Origin: Delftia acidovorans NBRC 14950
GTDB lineage: Bacteria; Pseudomonadota; Gammaproteobacteria; Burkholderiales; Burkholderiaceae_C
Reading direction: 5' to 3'
Length of the DNA stretch: 32,000 bases
Assembly (NCBI RefSeq): GCF_001598795.1
Contig: NZ_BCZP01000011.1
Location: 30,001 to 62,000 of the forward strand
Position numbers and translations under genes: made by a program
Part shown: positions 11,101 to 32,000 of the stretch, one piece after another
Position numbering within the stretch: the first letter of the stretch is position 1
Layout: every line of letters starts with the position of its first letter
Notes under the pieces: model-generated
Database searches by the model: none
Told to the model about the DNA's origin: nothing
The model's input: only the letters and a program-made list of their open reading frames with translations

Positions 11101-12770
11101 CACAAGCTCGCGCAGCGAAAGTGCCGCGCCATCCGCCTGCACGGCCATGCGCTGCGGCCAGCGATCGGCAGCGCGGGCTATCAGCGCGGGGACGGATGCC
11201 GGCGCAGCGCCCTCGGGCATGGCTGGTGCGGGAGCCACGGCGCAGGCCTGCGGGGCCAGCGCCAGCCGGGACAGTGCAAGGCCGCACGCCCACTGCCCCG
11301 CCACATGCGCAAACTGCGCGCACAGCGCAGCCACGGTGGCCGGGTCGAACAGGTCGGCGTCGTACTCCATGTCGCAGGCGAAGGCTTCGCCGTCCAGACG
11401 CGCCGACAGGTTCAGGTCCAGCTCTGGCGCCGCCGCTGGCACGGGCAGCGGCCGCACGGCCAGCCCCTGCATCGCCAGCACGGCTGCACCAGCGGTCTGC
11501 TGCACGAACATGGTCTGGAACAGGGGCGCACGGTTGAGCGCCCGCTCGGGCCGCACGGCCTGCACGATGCGCTCGAACGGCAGGTCCTGGTGCTCGAATG
11601 CCTGCAGGCAGGTGCGGCGAACGCGCTGCAGCAGCTCGGCAGGTTGGGGGTCGTCGCGCAGGTCGATGCGCAGCGGCAGGGTGTCGATGAAGAAACCGAC
11701 CAGTCCCTGCGTCTGCGGCGTGTCCCGGTGGGCCACCGGGCAGCCGATGACGACCTCGTCCTGGCCGGTCCAGCGCCCCAGCACGGCGGCATAGGCGGCC
11801 AACAGCGCCATGAAGGGCGTGACGCCTGCGCGTGCTGACGCCTCCTGCAGCGCCTGGGTGCCCTCCGGCGAGATGCGAAAGTGATGGTGGGCGCCACTGG
11901 CGCCGCGCTCTGCGGGCCGGGGCCTGTCCAGCGGCATCGCCAGCTGGGTGGGTGCGCCCTGCAGTTGCGACTGCCAGAAGGCCAGTTGCGGCGCCAGCCG
12001 CGCCTCATCCAGCGTGGCGCGCTGCCAGGCCGAGTAGTCTGGGTAGCGCAGGGGCAGCGGTTGCAGCGGCGACGGCAGGCCCTGGCAGGCCGCGTCATAC
12101 AGCTGGCCGAGTTCGGCCAGCAGCAGCCCCATGGACCAGAAATCCCCGGCAATGTGGTGCAGCGACAGGGCCAGCACGTGGCGCTGCGGCTCCAGTGCAA
12201 ACAGGCGCAGCCGCAAGGGGGGCGCCTGCGTCAGATCGAAGGGCTGGCGCGCCTGCTGCGCCATCAGGTCGGCCAGGCCCTGGGGTGAGGCATCGTCCAC
12301 GGACTCTGGCTGAAGGCGCACGGCCGTGGCAGCGCCGATGCGCAGCACCGGCTCGGCGGCCTCGTCCACGATGACGCTGCGCAGCAGCTCGTGGCGCTCC
12401 ACCAGCACCGTCAGCGCCTGCTGCAGGGCCTCAAGGTCCAAAGGGCCTTCGAGCTCGAAACAGGCGGCCATGATGAAGGCGCTGCCACCGCCCTCCAGCC
12501 GGTCCAGGAACCAGAGCCGGCGCTGGTTGAAGGACAGCGGCACGCGGTCGGGATCCACCTCTGCAGCAGCTCCTGCGGCCACTGGCGCGGGCCCGCTGCG
12601 TGACAGCAGGGCCAGCAGCTGCGGCTTGAGAGCGCGCAGCTCATCGCGCATCTGCCCGCCAATGGCACCTGCCGGGCCGCGCACTTTCAGATCGCCGCCC
12701 TCGACTTGCACGGTCACGCCCAGCTGCGCCAGGCGGGCCAGCAGATCGCTTGCCCTGTCGCTCGCACTCT

Positions 12771-12774
<4 letters not shown>
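2140..12774 (-). CDS. Non-ribosomal peptide synthetase, two modules: TubC-like docking domain-C-A-T-E-C-A-T-E-C (terminal condensation domain, no TE)
   Basis: ORF track 2140..12813. The preferred start is ATG 12774 (MKSASD...), which forms an ATGA overlap with the upstream stop and has GGAGGA 11 nt upstream. Motifs read from sequence, in order: HHIAGD 12142-12159; TSGSTG 10729-10746; carrier Ser (DLGVDS) 9547-9549. E domain 1: PIQAWF, HHLAVD 8998-9015. C domain: HHLLLD 7606-7623. A domain 2: TSGSTG 6190-6207, FDASVWE 6055-6075; carrier Ser (GGDS) 5044-5046. E domain 2: PIQRWF, HHLAID 4423-4440, FNYLGQ. Terminal C: HHLLVDGWS 3013-3030. Confidence 0.95.
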
Positions 12775-23830
<11,056 letters not shown>

Positions 23831-23834
<4 letters not shown>

Positions 23835-26800
23835 GGCAGCGCCTTGGTTGCTGCAGCGCCGTGGGCGGCCGCCTTTTGATCAGGGGTCATGCTTTCGATC
23901 TCGAACAGCCGGCCCGCAATGGCCAGCGTGATTCCCGGGCGGGATTCCAGCGCAATCACGCGCTGGCAAAAATCTGCCATGCAGGGGTGGCGCAACAGCT
24001 CGGCCATCGATATATCGACGCGAAACAGCTCCCGCGTGCGCGCCGCGATCTGCGCCGCCCCCAGCGAATTGCCGCCCAGCGAGAAGAAGTCGTCGTCCAC
24101 ACCACAGTCGGCCAGGCCCAGCGCCTTGCACCACAGGCGCACCATGTAGCGCTCGAACGCATTGCGTGGCGCTGCGCTGGATGCCATGCCCGCAGCCAGG
24201 CGCAAAAGGGCCGCGCGGTCCAGCTCCCCCCGGGCATCGGTGGGCAGGGATGCGACGTTCAGCACCGGCACGCTCACCGGCCGTCCACAGGCATCGTGCA
24301 GCCACCGATGCGGTGCGGACGGGTCACCGCTGCCGGCCACTTCATTCACTTGCTCCACTTGATCCACTTGATCCTCTTCGCCGGCACGGCGCGCGTCGAC
24401 TGCGGCGCCTTCACGCACCCAGACCAGCTCATCGGCACCGTAGATGGCGCCCTCGCGCACCGCGGCGTGACGGGGATGGCCGAGGTCCAGGCCCACGGTC
24501 ATGACAGGCTGCTCGCCGCGCACCGCCAATTCGAAGGCCTGCAGGCCCTGCGCCTCATCGATCGACAGATAGCCCGAGGCAGCGAACAGCGCCGGGTTCG
24601 ACACCTGGCGGCTCAGGCCGATGTCCCGCCACGCCGAAAAACCGAGGTAGCGGCAGCGGGCGCCACCGGCGCTGTGCGCCTGTCGCTCCACAAAGGCCAT
24701 CTGCCAGGCATCTCCCGCCGCATAGGCCGCCACGCGGCGCCCCCCCAGCAGGCCCATGACCGAGCCGGCCACCAGGAACAGGGCCCGGGGATCGTGGGCG
24801 ATCAGGGCGTGCAAATGGCGCGTTCCCTCGACCTTGGCGCGCTGCGCCCGGGCAAAGCATTGCTCTTCTTCCTCCGCACACAGGGCCAGGCGCGACTCGG
24901 CTGCCAGTTGCACCACGCCGGCCAGCGGCTGTCCGAAGTGCTGCTGCGCCTGGGCCACCGCGGCCTGCAGGGCGGCGGGGTCGGTGACATCGGCCTGCAC
25001 GTACAGGAGCGTCCCGCTGCGCGAAAGCAGTTCCAGTGGCTGCCGGCGCTCCACAGCAGGGGCACGGCCGACGATGAGCAGCCGGGCGCGGTACCGGCCG
25101 AGCAGGTGCCGGGCCAGCAAAAAGCCCACGCCCCCCAGCCCACCGGCCAGCAGGTACAGCCCCTGCTCCTGGAATCCCTGATGCCCTGCAGCATCGGGAA
25201 CCAGGGGCACCAGGGGCACCAGGGGCACCAGGCGCCGCACCCGCCGCACGCCGGCATGCCACAGCACCTCGGGCTCGCGCTGGCTGCAGCCCAGTTCCGC
25301 GCACAGCCCGGCGGCATCAAGAACGGCGGCATCGGCAGCGACACTGGCGTCGGCATCGGCAGCGACACCGGCGTCGCCCCAGGCGACATGGCGGCAGCGC
25401 AAGGCAGGCATTTCAGCCTCCAGACTGCGCAGTACCGCGCGCGCCATTGCCCGCTGGCCCTCGTCCTGAGCCGTACCTGCGCAGACCAGCAACCGGCCTG
25501 GCACATGCCCGCCGGGGGCGGCCAGCCAGCGGGCTGCCTGCAGCAGGCCAGGGGCCAGCGCCTGTTCACCGGCCAGCACCAGCACATCAGGCGCCCACTC
25601 GCGCAACGCGGCCACGGCGTCGGCCGGTGAGCCGGTATCGTCCAGCGCCATCCAGCGGTGACGGGGCTGCAGGGCCTGCAATTGCGCCAGCGCCTGGGCG
25701 CCGGCACCACACAGCGCCACAGTCAACGCATGCGCCTGCGCAGGCGCCATGGCCGGCAACGCATCGTGCTGGCGCGGGCGCCATACGGGCCGGGCAAACC
25801 AGGCAGGTATGGTGCCTGCACCGCCGATCAGGCAGGCGGCATCCTTGATTTCGCGATCAAAGGCCCCTGTCTCCACCAGGCGGCGCAGCTCCACGCGCTG
25901 CACCTTGCCGGCACCCGTGCGCGGCAGGCGCTCGGGCGGCACGGCAATGAAATGGTCCACGGCCAATCCCAGGTCCTGGCCCAGGCGCATGCGCAAGGCG
26001 CGCATGAGCGAACGGCGCAGTTGCGGCTCGCCAGCGCCCGGCGCGTGAAAGAACAGCACCAGTTGGTCGGTGGCCGCGCCGGCCGGGCGCACGCCGATGG
26101 CAGCCAGCCCCTGGCGGTCCAGGCCGGGCACGCGCGCAGCGGCCTCCTCGATCTCGGCGCTGTAGAAATTGGCACCGTTGACGATGATCATTTCCTTGAC
26201 GCGGCCCACGATGTGCAGCTCGCCCGAACGCAGGAACCCCATGTCGCCGGTCTGGAACCAACCGTTGCGCAGCGCCTCGGCCGTGAGGTCGGGCCGGCCG
26301 TGATAGCCCGAGAACACCGAGGGCCCGCTGAGTTCGACCCGCCCGATCTCACCCTCCATCAGGGTGCGGCCTGCATCGTCCACGATGCGCTGTGCACCGC
26401 CTGCGATCGGGTGGCCCAGGCTGGTCACCGCCTCGCCGGACGCTGTCCAGCAACGCAGCGAGAACGCAGAGACCGTCTCGGTCATGCCAAAGGACATCCA
26501 GACGGCGCCCTGCCTGAGCCCGTCCTGCGCAAAGCGGCGCTCGAAATCCACGAGGACCGGCTCCGATACCGGCTCCCCGGCGTTGATGAGCATGCGCAAA
26601 CAGGACAGGTCCCAATGGCCGGGGGCCTGGCCGCGGGCTGCACGCAGCAGCAGGTCGAATGCAAAGTTGGGCGCCCACACCGCTGCGACCCGGTGCTCGG
26701 CCACGAGGTCCAGCCAGCGCGCGGGAGCCTCGAGGATGGTGGCCGTATCCACCTGGACCTGGTCCAGGCCCAGCACCGTAGGCATCACGCACAGGAACAC

Positions 26801-27913
26801 CACGCCGCCCACATGGTCCAGCGGCATCCAGTTCAGCGCGGTCTCGCCGGGCGCGAAGCGCAGTTGCTGCTGCACGCCGCTGATCATGGCGGCCAGATTG
26901 CCGCGGCTCAGTACCACGCCCTTGGGCGTTCCGGTGCTGCCCGAAGTCAGCAGCATCAGTGCGGGCTGCCCCGGCCCGGCGCTGGCCGAGGGCTGCGCGG
27001 GCGCACCCGCCTGCAGTGCCTGGGCATCGAGCAGCTGCATGCCCTGCAGCGCTGCGGCATGGGGCCGCAAGCCGGCCAGGGCTGCCGCAGAGCCGACCAC
27101 GGGCGCCCTGCCCGCCACCTCCCAGCAGTTGAGCAACCGCTCCAGGCCGGCCCCCCCGGCCGCCGCCGGTCCCAGTGCCAGAGGCGCCGGCACCAGGCCG
27201 CCGAGCACACAGCCCCAGAACACGGGCAGCAGGTGACGACTGTCCCCGGCGTCCACGATGACGGTGTCACCCGCCTTCAGCCCCAGGGCCAGCAGCCCGC
27301 CCAGGGTGCGGCAGGCCTCGTCGAGCAGTTGCGCATAGCTGGTGCGGGACTGGGAAAGATCGGCAGCCACATGGACGATGCCCGCTCCGGGACGCGCAGC
27401 CGCGCGCACCAGCGCCTGCTCCAGCGCATATCCGACACCCGCGTCCGGCAGCGCAGGTGAATGGTGGACGGCAGGAATGCGCTCGTGCAAAGGCACCGCG
27501 CCGCGCCGCGCCGCAGGTGCGGGCGCCGGATCGCCCAGCAAGGGCCGGCCGGGCAGCAGATCGCACAGGTGCAGGTGGGAAGCCGGCTGCACGGCAGGCC
27601 GGGTGACCAGCGCGCTGCCCCATTGCTGCTGCGCGGCGTCGACCGCGCCCGGTGACCAGACTGGCAGTGCGGCCAGGGCGGCCTCGTCGATGGCGCCCAT
27701 GTCATCGAGCGGCAAGGCGCTGACCCGCACCACCGCATCGCCTGCGCCAGCCAGGGCAGCCTGCAGGGTATCGCGCTCTCCGCCCACCACGTAGGCGACC
27801 AGACCGTCGAACCCCGCAGCATTGCGCCGTGAAAGATGCACATCGGCGGCTCCCACCGCCATCAGGCGGGCTTTCAGACCGCCCGCTTCCGCCCCGCTGT
27901 CCGTACCCGCCAT
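23831..27913 (-). CDS. Loading subunit: adenylate-forming (FAAL/A-domain-like, ANL superfamily) domain - PKS-type ketoreductase (with structural subdomain) - peptidyl/acyl carrier protein
   Basis: ORF track 23831..27967 begins at a TTG. I prefer ATG 27913 (MAGTDSG...), which has GAAGGG about 9 nt upstream and sits downstream of the predicted promoter/TSS. Motifs: LTSGSTGTPKG 26930-26947; NWMPLDHVGG; IVNGANFYSAEIE; A10-like GAGKVQR with Lys codon 25904-25906; KR Rossmann AGGLGGVG 25124-25147 with K/S/Y candidates; carrier FFSLGGNS with Ser codon 24065-24067. Confidence 0.9.
24337..24381. repeat. Imperfect in-frame 9-bp tandem repeat (about 5 copies, CCACTTGAT-like) encoding EEDQVDQVEQVNEV between the KR and carrier region of the loading subunit
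   Basis: Plus strand reads ccacttcat tcacttgct ccacttgat ccacttgat cctcttcgc. Confidence 0.75.
25200..25235. repeat. In-frame 9-bp tandem repeat (ACCAGGGGC x3 plus one variant) encoding LVPLVPLVPLVP just upstream of the KR Rossmann fold
   Basis: Plus strand reads accaggggc accaggggc accaggggc accaggcgc. Confidence 0.85.
25327..25374. repeat. 24-bp tandem duplication (2 copies, one mismatch) encoding DAGVAADA/DASVAADA in the KR structural subdomain region
   Basis: cggcatcggcagcgacactggcgt (25327-25350) is followed directly by cggcatcggcagcgacaccggcgt (25351-25374). Confidence 0.85.
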
Positions 27914-27978
27914 CGATCCGATCCCTTCAAAGCTGTGGCTCCGACGCCGATTCACTGCCCTGCCCAAAGACCGGCCGG

Positions 27979-28007
27979 ATAGTTACAAACATTTTCTTTA
28001 ATGTCAA
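27979..28007 (-). promoter_or_regulatory. Putative sigma70 promoter of the NRPS-PKS operon (TTGACA-17 nt-AACTAT with extended -10 TGn)
   Basis: Minus strand reads TTGACA (28007-28002), the 17-nt spacer TTAAAGAAAATGTTTGT, then AACTAT (27984-27979). The TG of an extended -10 lies within the spacer end (tgT-AACTAT). The predicted TSS near 27972 leaves a leader of about 59 nt before ATG 27913. Confidence 0.5.
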
Positions 28008-28102
28008 TGCAGCCATTCTCATTAAGAGAAGGTTCAATGGAAACATTGGCATGCCAACGCAAGAGAAACGCCGACAGCAAAGCCTGGCAAATTCAATTGA
28101 TT

Positions 28103-28122
28103 ATTGAAAATGGATTTTCAAT
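28103..28122. promoter_or_regulatory. Perfect inverted repeat ATTGAAAAT-GG-ATTTTCAAT (candidate regulator binding site upstream of the operon promoter)
   Basis: Read directly: attgaaaatggattttcaat, with 9-nt arms and a 2-nt spacer. It lies in the AT-rich block about 100 nt upstream of the -35. The adjacent TCAATTGA palindrome is at 28093-28100. Confidence 0.35.
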
Positions 28123-28139
28123 ATATTTTCACCGCATGT

Positions 28140-28161
28140 ATATCACTGAAATCAGTGATAT
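28140..28161. promoter_or_regulatory. Perfect inverted repeat ATATCACTGA-AA-TCAGTGATAT (candidate operator/activator site)
   Basis: Read directly: atatcactgaaatcagtgatat, with 10-nt arms and a 2-nt spacer, about 135-155 nt upstream of the -35. Confidence 0.35.
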
Positions 28162-28534
28162 CGACATCGTGGCGTCAAAGAGCGGCGCCAGGAAGAGCGG
28201 GCGGCAAGATCACGGCGAAAGCCATGCAGGCCCGGGAACTGAAGGGTGACTGCAAGAGAGCTGCTGACCTTGAACGGGCAGGATATGGGCAGGGCATAGG
28301 CAGGCGGCCAATGCACCATGGCTGTGCATGAAAACGGTCATCAGTGGCAGCCCTGCCATGAATAAGCATGCCACCCATAAATCAGTGCTGCCAGGATCTT
28401 TTTTTTGACGCAAGCGCTTATTGAAGCAATTGCGCCACAGTCACGGAAACAGCACGGAAAGCCATCGAAACAAAACAATGCAAATTCCGAGCTGGGCAGG
28501 GGCCAGGATTTGCACGAGGAAGATCGTCCAGACG

Positions 28535-28570
28535 AAAAAAAGCCCCTCGGATTTTATCCGAGAGGCTTTT
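28535..28570 (-). terminator. Rho-independent terminator downstream of tRNA-Val
   Basis: Minus strand reads AAAAGCCTCTCGGAT-AAA-ATCCGAGGGGC followed by TTTTTTT. The stem is 28542-28566, with an A-run at 28535-28541 and a T-run at 28567-28570 on the plus strand. It starts about 13 nt after the tRNA 3' end. Confidence 0.7.
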
Positions 28571-28582
28571 CACCAATATATT

Positions 28583-28659
28583 TGGTAGGCGCGATTGGAC
28601 TCGAACCAACGACCCCCACCATGTCAAGGTGGTGCTCTAACCAGCTGAGCTACGCGCCT
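28583..28659 (-). tRNA. tRNA-Val (anticodon GAC), CCA encoded
   Basis: The reverse complement is AGGCGCGTAGCTCAGCTGGTTAGAGCACCACCTTGACATGGTGGGGGTCGTTGGTTCGAGTCCAATCGCGCCTACCA, 77 nt. It folds as a cloverleaf: 7-bp acceptor stem; D arm GCTC/GAGC; anticodon stem CCACC/GGTGG with loop TTGACAT; T arm GTTGG-TTCGAGT-CCAAT. It closely resembles the E. coli tRNA-Val(GAC) I recall. An extended -10-like TGCTATACT lies upstream at about 28679-28687. Confidence 0.95.
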
Positions 28660-28729
28660 GTCGTTTGTTGAAGCCGCAAGTATAGCAGTGCAAAACAGGG
28701 CTTCCGGGCAAGTTGCGCAGTTTTTCCGA

Positions 28730-29995
28730 TCACAGCACCCTGGCGCGTTCCAGCATGGCGTGCATCAGCACATTGCAGCCTGCGGTGATGTCGGCCGGCG
28801 TGGCGTCCTCGATCTCGTTGTGGCTGATGCCGTCCTTGCAGGGAATGAATACCATGCCGGCCGGTGCCAGCCGCGCCATGTAGACCGCGTCATGCCCGGC
28901 GCCCGAGACGACGGGCATGTGCGAGTAGCCCAGGGCCTTGGCGGCGCGCGCCACCGCATCCACGCAGTCGGCATGGAAGGGTTGGGCGGGGTAGCTGGAC
29001 ACCAAGTTGATCGCTATGGGCAGGCCCGTTTCCCGGCTGATGCGGTCGGCCACGGCGCGGATGTCAGCGTCCATGGCTTCGCAGTCGGCATCGGTGGCGT
29101 TGCGCAGGTCGATGCTGAATTTGACCTGCCCCGGGATCACGTTGCGGCTGTTGGGATGGACCTGCACCATGCCCACCGTGCCGCGCCCGTGGGGCGGATG
29201 GCGGTGGGCGCAGGCCACCACTTCCTGCATGAGCTGCGCGGCCGCCTGCAGCGCGTCCTTGCGCAGGGCCATGGGCGTGGGGCCGGCATGGGCCTCCATG
29301 CCCGTGACCACGCAGTCATACCAGCGGATGCCCAGCACGCCGGTGACCACGCCAATGGTCCTGGCGTTGTCCTCCAGCACCGGGCCCTGTTCGATGTGGG
29401 ACTCGAAGTAGGCGCCGATCGGGTGGTCGCCCGGTTCCTGGCTGCCCACATAGCCGATGCGCTCGAGCTCGCCCTTGACGGTCTTGCCTTCGGAGTCGGT
29501 GGCCGCATAGGCATGCTCCAGCGTGAAGGCCTTGGCGAACACACCCGAGCCCATCATCACCGGCACGAAGCGCGAGCCTTCCTCGTTCGTCCAGAAGGCC
29601 ACCTCGATGGGCGCTTCGGTCTCGATGCCGTGGTCGTTGAGCGTGCGCACCACCTCCAGCCCCGCCAGCACGCCGTAGTTGCCGTCGAACTTGCCGCCCG
29701 TGGGCTGGGTGTCGATGTGGCTGCCCGTCATGATGGGTGGCAGGCTGTTGTCGCGCCCGGGCCGGCGCATGAAGCCGTTGCCGATCTTGTCGATGGTCAC
29801 CGTCATGCCCGCCTCGCGCGCCCAGCGGGTCACCAGATCACGGCCCTGGCGGTCCAGGTCGGTCAGCGTCAGGCGGCAGACGCCGCCCTTGGGCGTGGCG
29901 CCGATCCGGGCCAGCTCCATGAGTGAATCCCACAGCCGGCTTCCGTTGACGCGCAGCTGCGCGATGTCCTGCTTCACTTGGGTATCTGTATCCAT
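28730..29995 (-). CDS. M20-family Zn-dependent amidohydrolase (N-carbamoyl-amino-acid amidohydrolase / beta-ureidopropionase / allantoate amidohydrolase family)
   Basis: 421-aa ORF. ATG 29995 has AAGGAG 6 nt upstream. The sequence shows family hallmarks (GSHIDTQPTGGKFDG, EEGSRF, GAGHDA) and lies 24 nt downstream of the dihydropyrimidinase gene. Confidence 0.85.
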   Translation of the reverse strand: MDTDTQVKQDIAQLRVNGSRLWDSLMELARIGATPKGGVCRLTLTDLDRQGRDLVTRWAREAGMTVTIDKIGNGFMRRPGRDNSLPPIMTGSHIDTQPTGGKFDGNYGVLAGLEVVRTLNDHGIETEAPIEVAFWTNEEGSRFVPVMMGSGVFAKAFTLEHAYAATDSEGKTVKGELERIGYVGSQEPGDHPIGAYFESHIEQGPVLEDNARTIGVVTGVLGIRWYDCVVTGMEAHAGPTPMALRKDALQAAAQLMQEVVACAHRHPPHGRGTVGMVQVHPNSRNVIPGQVKFSIDLRNATDADCEAMDADIRAVADRISRETGLPIAINLVSSYPAQPFHADCVDAVARAAKALGYSHMPVVSGAGHDAVYMARLAPAGMVFIPCKDGISHNEIEDATPADITAGCNVLMHAMLERARVL

Positions 29996-30019
29996 TGCGG
30001 TCTCCTTGTCATGCGGGCT

Positions 30020-31510
<1,491 letters not shown>

Positions 31511-32000
31511 CTATGCCTTGCTCAGCGCGGGAGCGCCCTTGGTCACCTGGCCTGCCATGCCGATGCGGTAGACCACGCCGGCAATGAACAGGCCGATGAA
31601 CCATGCGTAGTCATAGGCATGCTTGAAGAAATCACCCACGTTCGGGAATGCAGCGGGGAACGCCGCGTGCAGGAAGCCGGGCAGGTTGGGCGCCACGCCC
31701 AGGGCGAAGGCCGCCACGGCCACCCAGTTCCAGCCGTTGGAGTAGCGGTAGACGCCCTCTTCCCTGTACAGGTCTTCCACCACCAGCTGCTTTTTGCGCA
31801 CCAGAAAGTAGTCCACCATCAGAATGCCCGCGATCGGCCCCAGCAGGGCCGAGTAGCCGATCAGCCAGGTGAAGATGTAGCCCTCGGTCGATTCCAGGAT
31901 CTTCCAGGGCATCATCACGATGGCAATGGCCACCGTCATGTAGCCACCCACGCGGTAGCTGATCTTCTTGGGCGCCAGGGCGGAGAAGTCATAGGCCGGC
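31511..32000 (-). CDS. NCS1-family nucleobase/hydantoin/allantoin:cation symporter (C-terminal part; N-terminus lies beyond the window end)
   Basis: The track ORF 31511..31951 begins at an internal GTG. The frame stays open to position 31999 (hand translation PAYDFSALAPKKISYRVGGYMTV...). The protein is hydrophobic and TM-rich, with an NCS1-like C-terminus, and sits upstream of hydA in the same orientation. Confidence 0.75.
   Translation of the reverse strand, partial: PAYDFSALAPKKISYRVGGYMTVAIAIVMMPWKILESTEGYIFTWLIGYSALLGPIAGILMVDYFLVRKKQLVVEDLYREEGVYRYSNGWNWVAVAAFALGVAPNLPGFLHAAFPAAFPNVGDFFKHAYDYAWFIGLFIAGVVYRIGMAGQVTKGAPALSKA

Noticed and set aside
27914-27967. Upstream extensions of three track ORFs: TTG start at 27967 for the loader, start at 12813 for the NRPS, and start at 2159 for the hydroxylase.
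   Set aside because: Internal ATGs at 27913, 12774 and 2147 have Shine-Dalgarno-like sequences at proper spacing. They create ATGA/ATGnnTGA coupling overlaps with the preceding stop. The 27967 TTG would lie only about 5 nt from the predicted TSS.
28103-28122. Fur box interpretation of ATTGAAAAT-GG-ATTTTCAAT, which would imply a siderophore cluster.
   Set aside because: It is AT-rich and dyad-symmetric, but the spacing is 9-2-9 and the GATAAT hexamers of the 19-bp Fur consensus are absent. In addition, no TonB receptor, hydroxamate or catechol tailoring genes are present. It is kept only as an unassigned operator.
28140-28161. LexA/SOS box interpretation of ATATCACTGAAATCAGTGATAT.
   Set aside because: The proteobacterial SOS box is CTGT-N8-ACAG. 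Here the CACTGA/TCAGTG arms are separated by only 2 nt.
28344-28406. Possible plus-strand terminator: TGGCAG-CC-CTGCCA dyad and a later T8 run at 28399-28406.
   Set aside because: The dyad and the T-run are about 40 nt apart, and no stable stem immediately precedes the T-run. No plus-strand gene is available for it to terminate.
28001-28413. Small ORFs in the spacer between the operon and the tRNA (28001..28249+, 28104..28331+, 28175..28378-, 28210..28413-). I considered them as a possible MbtH-like protein, regulator or integrase remnant.
   Set aside because: No RBS, no MbtH signature (NxExQxSxWP / PxGW), no integrase-like motifs, mutually overlapping frames, and odd composition. Best treated as non-coding.
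28405-28671. ORFs 28405..28671(+) and 28418..28627(-).
   Set aside because: They overlap the tRNA-Val gene and its terminator, so they are spurious.

Overview
High-GC window (about 70% G+C in the lines I hand-counted), looking like a beta/gamma-proteobacterium. Every credible gene is on the minus strand. The core, 543-27913, is a compact operon of four translationally coupled genes that encodes an orphan hybrid NRPS-PKS assembly line. (1) A loading subunit: adenylate-forming (FAAL/A-like) domain, PKS-type KR, carrier protein. (2) A 3687-aa subunit: C-A-T-C-A-T-KS-AT-KR-ACP. (3) A 3544-aa subunit: TubC-like dock-C-A-T-E-C-A-T-E-C, ending in a condensation domain with no TE or R domain. (4) A 534-aa protein with an N-terminal domain plus an MBL fold carrying HxHxDH, resembling CmlA-type diiron beta-hydroxylases. 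Upstream of the operon lies an AT-rich stretch (about 36% G+C by hand count over 27981-28160) with a near-consensus sigma70 promoter and two perfect palindromes. Beyond that stretch is tRNA-Val(GAC), whose 3' end faces the cluster, the usual geometry for a tRNA-targeted island. No integrase or att repeat is visible. Right of the tRNA is an ordinary pyrimidine/hydantoin catabolic operon: an NCS1 permease (partial), dihydropyrimidinase, and an M20 N-carbamoyl-amino-acid/beta-ureidopropionase-type amidohydrolase. At the left edge a DUF697-type gene starts and runs out of the window. By-eye specificity reads suggest a beta-amino-acid-type A domain (Asp235 shifted, VD...SLADK-like), a Phe-like A domain (DAWTVAAVAK), a malonyl-type AT (HAFH) and a statine-type gamma-amino-beta-hydroxy extension. 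Several in-frame 9-bp and 24-bp tandem repeats sit in interdomain linkers. All functional calls rest on motif recognition by eye; no database search was run.
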